DNA of 64,000 bases, from NCBI GenBank assembly GCA_029245865.1, contig JAQWOM010000055.1:73976-137975 (forward strand), written 5' to 3'. The DNA comes from Planctomycetota bacterium (GTDB lineage: Bacteria; Planctomycetota; B15-G4). Position 1 is the stretch's first letter. Each line of letters opens with the position of its first letter. Below are positions 61,211 to 64,000 of the stretch, piece after piece. The position numbers were made by a program, and so were the translations under genes. Below the pieces are notes generated by a model. The model saw only the letters and a list, made by a program, of their open reading frames with translations. It ran no database searches and had not been told where the DNA came from.

Positions 61211-62695
61211 ATGTGCGGATTTATTGGCATTCTCATGCCCGAAGGCTTGGAGGTCGCACCAGAACTTGCGACGGGACTGCTGGCGATCCAGCATCGCGGC
61301 CAGGATGCCGCGGGCGCGCTGACCTATGACGGCCGGTTTCATATGCACAAGGCCAAGGGCTTGGTCCGCGATGTGTTCACGCCAAATGCGCTGAAAACGT
61401 TGCGCGGCTCGATGGGCATCGCACATGTTCGCTACCCGACGGTAGGGCTCGGCGGTGCAGAAGACGCCCAGCCGTTCATGATCTCGTACCCCTTCGGGGT
61501 TGGGATGGTGCACAACGGCAATGTCACGAACTTCGATGAGATCCGCGGTGAAATGTCGCGGGAATCGCATTGGCATGTGAACTCTTCCTGCGATCTCGAA
61601 GGCATTCTCAAGGTGTTCGGAGATGAACTCGCCCAGCAACAGATTGGGGACCTCGAGCCGAAACATGTCTTCCAGGCTGTCGACGGGGTCTACAAGCGAG
61701 TGAAGGGCGCGTATTCGGTTGTGGGCATGATTGCCGATGAAGGCCTGTATGCCTTCCGAGACCCCTATGGCATCAAGCCAATCATTGTGGGCAGCCGCAC
61801 AGACAGTGAGGGCCGTACGTCCTGGTGCGTGGCTTCGGAAAGCGTCCTCATGGACGTGCTCGACTTTCACCAGACATTTGATCTGGGTGCTGGCGAAGCC
61901 ATCTTTATTGATCGCTCCGGCACACTTCACCGCAAGCAGCTGACTGAGAAGCCACACAGCCCGTGCTTGTTCGAGTGGGTGTACTTTGCGCGCCCGGACT
62001 CCTTTCTCGACAGAGTCAGCGTCTACAAGACGCGACTCCGCTTGGGAGAGTTGATGGCGCCGATCTGGGAAGCTGCTGGCTGGGATGTCGATGTCGTGAT
62101 CCCGGTTCCAGAGTCTGCTGTGACTTCAGCAATGGCCATGGCCCGGGCATTGAAGCTCAAGTACCGCGAAGGATTGGTGAAGAATCGTTACGTCGGCCGC
62201 ACGTTTATCATGGCCAGTAACAAGCTCCGCCAGCAGTCCATTCGTCAGAAGCTCAATCCGATTCAACTCGAGTTCAGCGGAAAGAACGTGCTGCTGGTCG
62301 ATGATTCAATCGTTCGGGGGAACACCTCGAGGCAGATTGTCGACCTGGCCCGAAAAGCTGGCGCCAAGAAGGTGTATTTCGCGTCCGTGTCGCCGCCACT
62401 TCGGTATCCGTGCATCTACGGAATCGACATGTCGACAAAAAATGAATTTGTCGCACGCGACAGAACCACAGAAGAAATCGCGGAGTCGATCGGGGCTGAT
62501 GGCGTGGTTTACCAGACGCTTGAGAATCTTGAGCGGGCCGTGCTCGAAGGGAATGACGAGATCAAGCAAACGTGCAACGCATGCTTCTCGGGCACATATC
62601 CGACCGGAGATGTGGATGAGTCGCGCCTTGCCCGAATAGAAAGTGAGCGGCTTGTCGCAACCGTCCCGCGGGCAGGGCCCGAAACCACCTCCTGA
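61211..62695 (+). CDS. purF: Amidophosphoribosyltransferase
   Basis: The Ntn Cys start MCGFIGIL, the GATase-2 domain and the PRTase motif VLLVDDSIVRGNTS are present. I verified the internal ATG at 61211. Confidence 0.92.
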   Translation: MCGFIGILMPEGLEVAPELATGLLAIQHRGQDAAGALTYDGRFHMHKAKGLVRDVFTPNALKTLRGSMGIAHVRYPTVGLGGAEDAQPFMISYPFGVGMVHNGNVTNFDEIRGEMSRESHWHVNSSCDLEGILKVFGDELAQQQIGDLEPKHVFQAVDGVYKRVKGAYSVVGMIADEGLYAFRDPYGIKPIIVGSRTDSEGRTSWCVASESVLMDVLDFHQTFDLGAGEAIFIDRSGTLHRKQLTEKPHSPCLFEWVYFARPDSFLDRVSVYKTRLRLGELMAPIWEAAGWDVDVVIPVPESAVTSAMAMARALKLKYREGLVKNRYVGRTFIMASNKLRQQSIRQKLNPIQLEFSGKNVLLVDDSIVRGNTSRQIVDLARKAGAKKVYFASVSPPLRYPCIYGIDMSTKNEFVARDRTTEEIAESIGADGVVYQTLENLERAVLEGNDEIKQTCNACFSGTYPTGDVDESRLARIESERLVATVPRAGPETTS

Positions 62696-62918
62696 GCCCG
62701 ATTTCGCCCTCAAGAGGACGGATCTAAAATTTTGGAATTGGTCGCACTTTGGCCCGAGAAGGCTCTGTCAGTCGACCCGGAGAGCCGTCGATGTTCAGAG
62801 CACCCTTGCCTCTTGGGCATCTCGCCATAGAATTCCGTTCAGCCTCGAAGTCAGGACGTTCTCCAGAGAAGACATCTGGGAGGAAGTCAGTCGAGGCGGG
62901 CATGTGGGAGACCAGATC

Positions 62919-63191
62919 ATGAAGAGCACCATGTTGAGCTTGTTGAAGTTCGAGTGCGACAATTCGAAGTGCCTCTACGAATGCTGGGTCAACCGGAACA
63001 ACAACATGCTGACGCACTACAGCGCAGACATGTCTGCCTTGCTGGATTGGGTTTGCCCCGACTGCAAAGAGGGCCAGCTTCGATATTCACCGGCCAACGC
63101 GCGCTTCGAATACGAACTGCGGAAACACAGCAAGCAAGCCGAGCTCGAGATGGATCAAGCCGAGCAGGCCGAAGGGAACATGCAGGGTTAA
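62919..63191 (+). CDS. Small Cys-rich (zinc-ribbon-like) hypothetical protein. I chose the internal start; the ORF is open from 62643.
   Basis: It has a CxxxxC ... CxxC arrangement (CDNSKC ... CPDC) in a product of about 90 aa. The upstream part of the ORF overlaps the purF 3' end. Confidence 0.3.
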   Translation: MKSTMLSLLKFECDNSKCLYECWVNRNNNMLTHYSADMSALLDWVCPDCKEGQLRYSPANARFEYELRKHSKQAELEMDQAEQAEGNMQG

Positions 63192-63260
63192 TCGCCTTGG
63201 CCTGAAAAGGCCGAGGGATCTTGCTGGTGCTGGCCGATGGCCCAGGCCAACGAAGCCGGC

Positions 63261-63674
63261 TCAGGTCATAGCTGTGCCAAGGCTTTCACCGTTTTCCACC
63301 TTGCCGGTGATGCTGGCCAGATTGGAGCTTTCGGTGACTTTGGGTTCCTGCTCCATCTCACTGAACCGGAAAGTGACGGCCAGTTCGCCGAGATCGAAGA
63401 CATCCGCTGCCCCTTGGGGCTGGTCGATGTGCCGATACACAGCTGGCCTGATGGAGTAGTTGATGTGTCGGCCATCTCGCCGACTGCGGATAATCCCGGC
63501 ACTCCGAAGGATCGCCAGGTGGTGGGAGACCTTGGGCTGATCAATCGCCAACTTCTCCACCAACTCTGAGACACAGAACTCACCCTTGACCAAGATCTCT
63601 AGAATCCTGATCCGATTGACATCGCAGAGCGCCTTCAGGCTTCTGGACATCTTCGTTGCGTGGAGCATTTCCAT
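63261..63674 (-). CDS. ArsR/SmtB family transcriptional regulator
   Basis: The ArsR HTH pattern LKALCDVNRIRILEILVKGEFCVSELVEKLAIDQPKVSHHLAILRSAGI is present. Confidence 0.75.
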   Translation of the reverse strand: MEMLHATKMSRSLKALCDVNRIRILEILVKGEFCVSELVEKLAIDQPKVSHHLAILRSAGIIRSRRDGRHINYSIRPAVYRHIDQPQGAADVFDLGELAVTFRFSEMEQEPKVTESSNLASITGKVENGESLGTAMT

Positions 63675-64000
63675 CGTTCGAACCCTCCCTGACTGCTCAA
63701 AACCGGCCCAAAATGATCCACGGAGACCCGCCACGAGTCCGTGAGTGCTGAGACTGATGCACAAGTCTTAACGGGTCGAAAGGCCGGATTCAGGTGGATT
63801 TTTTGATCTGTAGCGGTTGCGGAGGAAATAGGACCCCTGGGACCTATGCCAAATCATTGAATCGACCGAATCCGATATCGTCAAGAATCGACGCATCGTT
63901 GGCCGAAGGACGCATGGATGCACCCCGTGAGCTTTGTCGTTTGAAGGCTATGATGCGCCCCCATTTTTCCTCTAGGAGCCAGTCCTCGTGACATCGGCAT

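Overview
This is a GC-rich (about 60-65% by eye), densely coding bacterial chromosomal window that contains the replication-origin neighbourhood, with dnaA, dnaN, a DUF721 gene and gyrB on the minus strand at 37.4-43.0 kb. There is a near-consensus parS site immediately upstream of an orphan parB at 52.4 kb. Most of the window is housekeeping: carB, ribBA, gyrA, dapF, lepB, mgtE, fmt-rsmB, trxA, scpA, kdsD-kdsC, pyrF, hemW, pyrBI and purF. These are mixed with envelope and regulatory modules. Three ECF sigma/anti-sigma pairs are present. One of them may be co-transcribed with a Spy/CpxP-like gene and an orphan GspL/GspM-like (PilMN/PilO-like) pair. A complete bacillithiol operon (bshC-bshB-bshA) sits between pyrF and a NifS-like cysteine desulfurase, directly beside dnaA. 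After kdsD-kdsC, the position normally held by lptC/lptA is occupied by a roughly 850-aa membrane-anchored protein followed by an LptD-like gene. Other unusual proteins are a C-terminal HPr phosphocarrier domain fused to an unknown helical domain, a 739-aa secreted protein ending in a T2SS GspG-like domain without a prepilin helix, and a 900-aa polytopic membrane protein with a spermidine-synthase-like region. I found no rRNA, tRNA, CRISPR array, transposase or integrase. Many long antisense ORFs in the six-frame track are high-GC artefacts. Several first-Met ORF starts are clearly too far upstream and were moved to internal starts.
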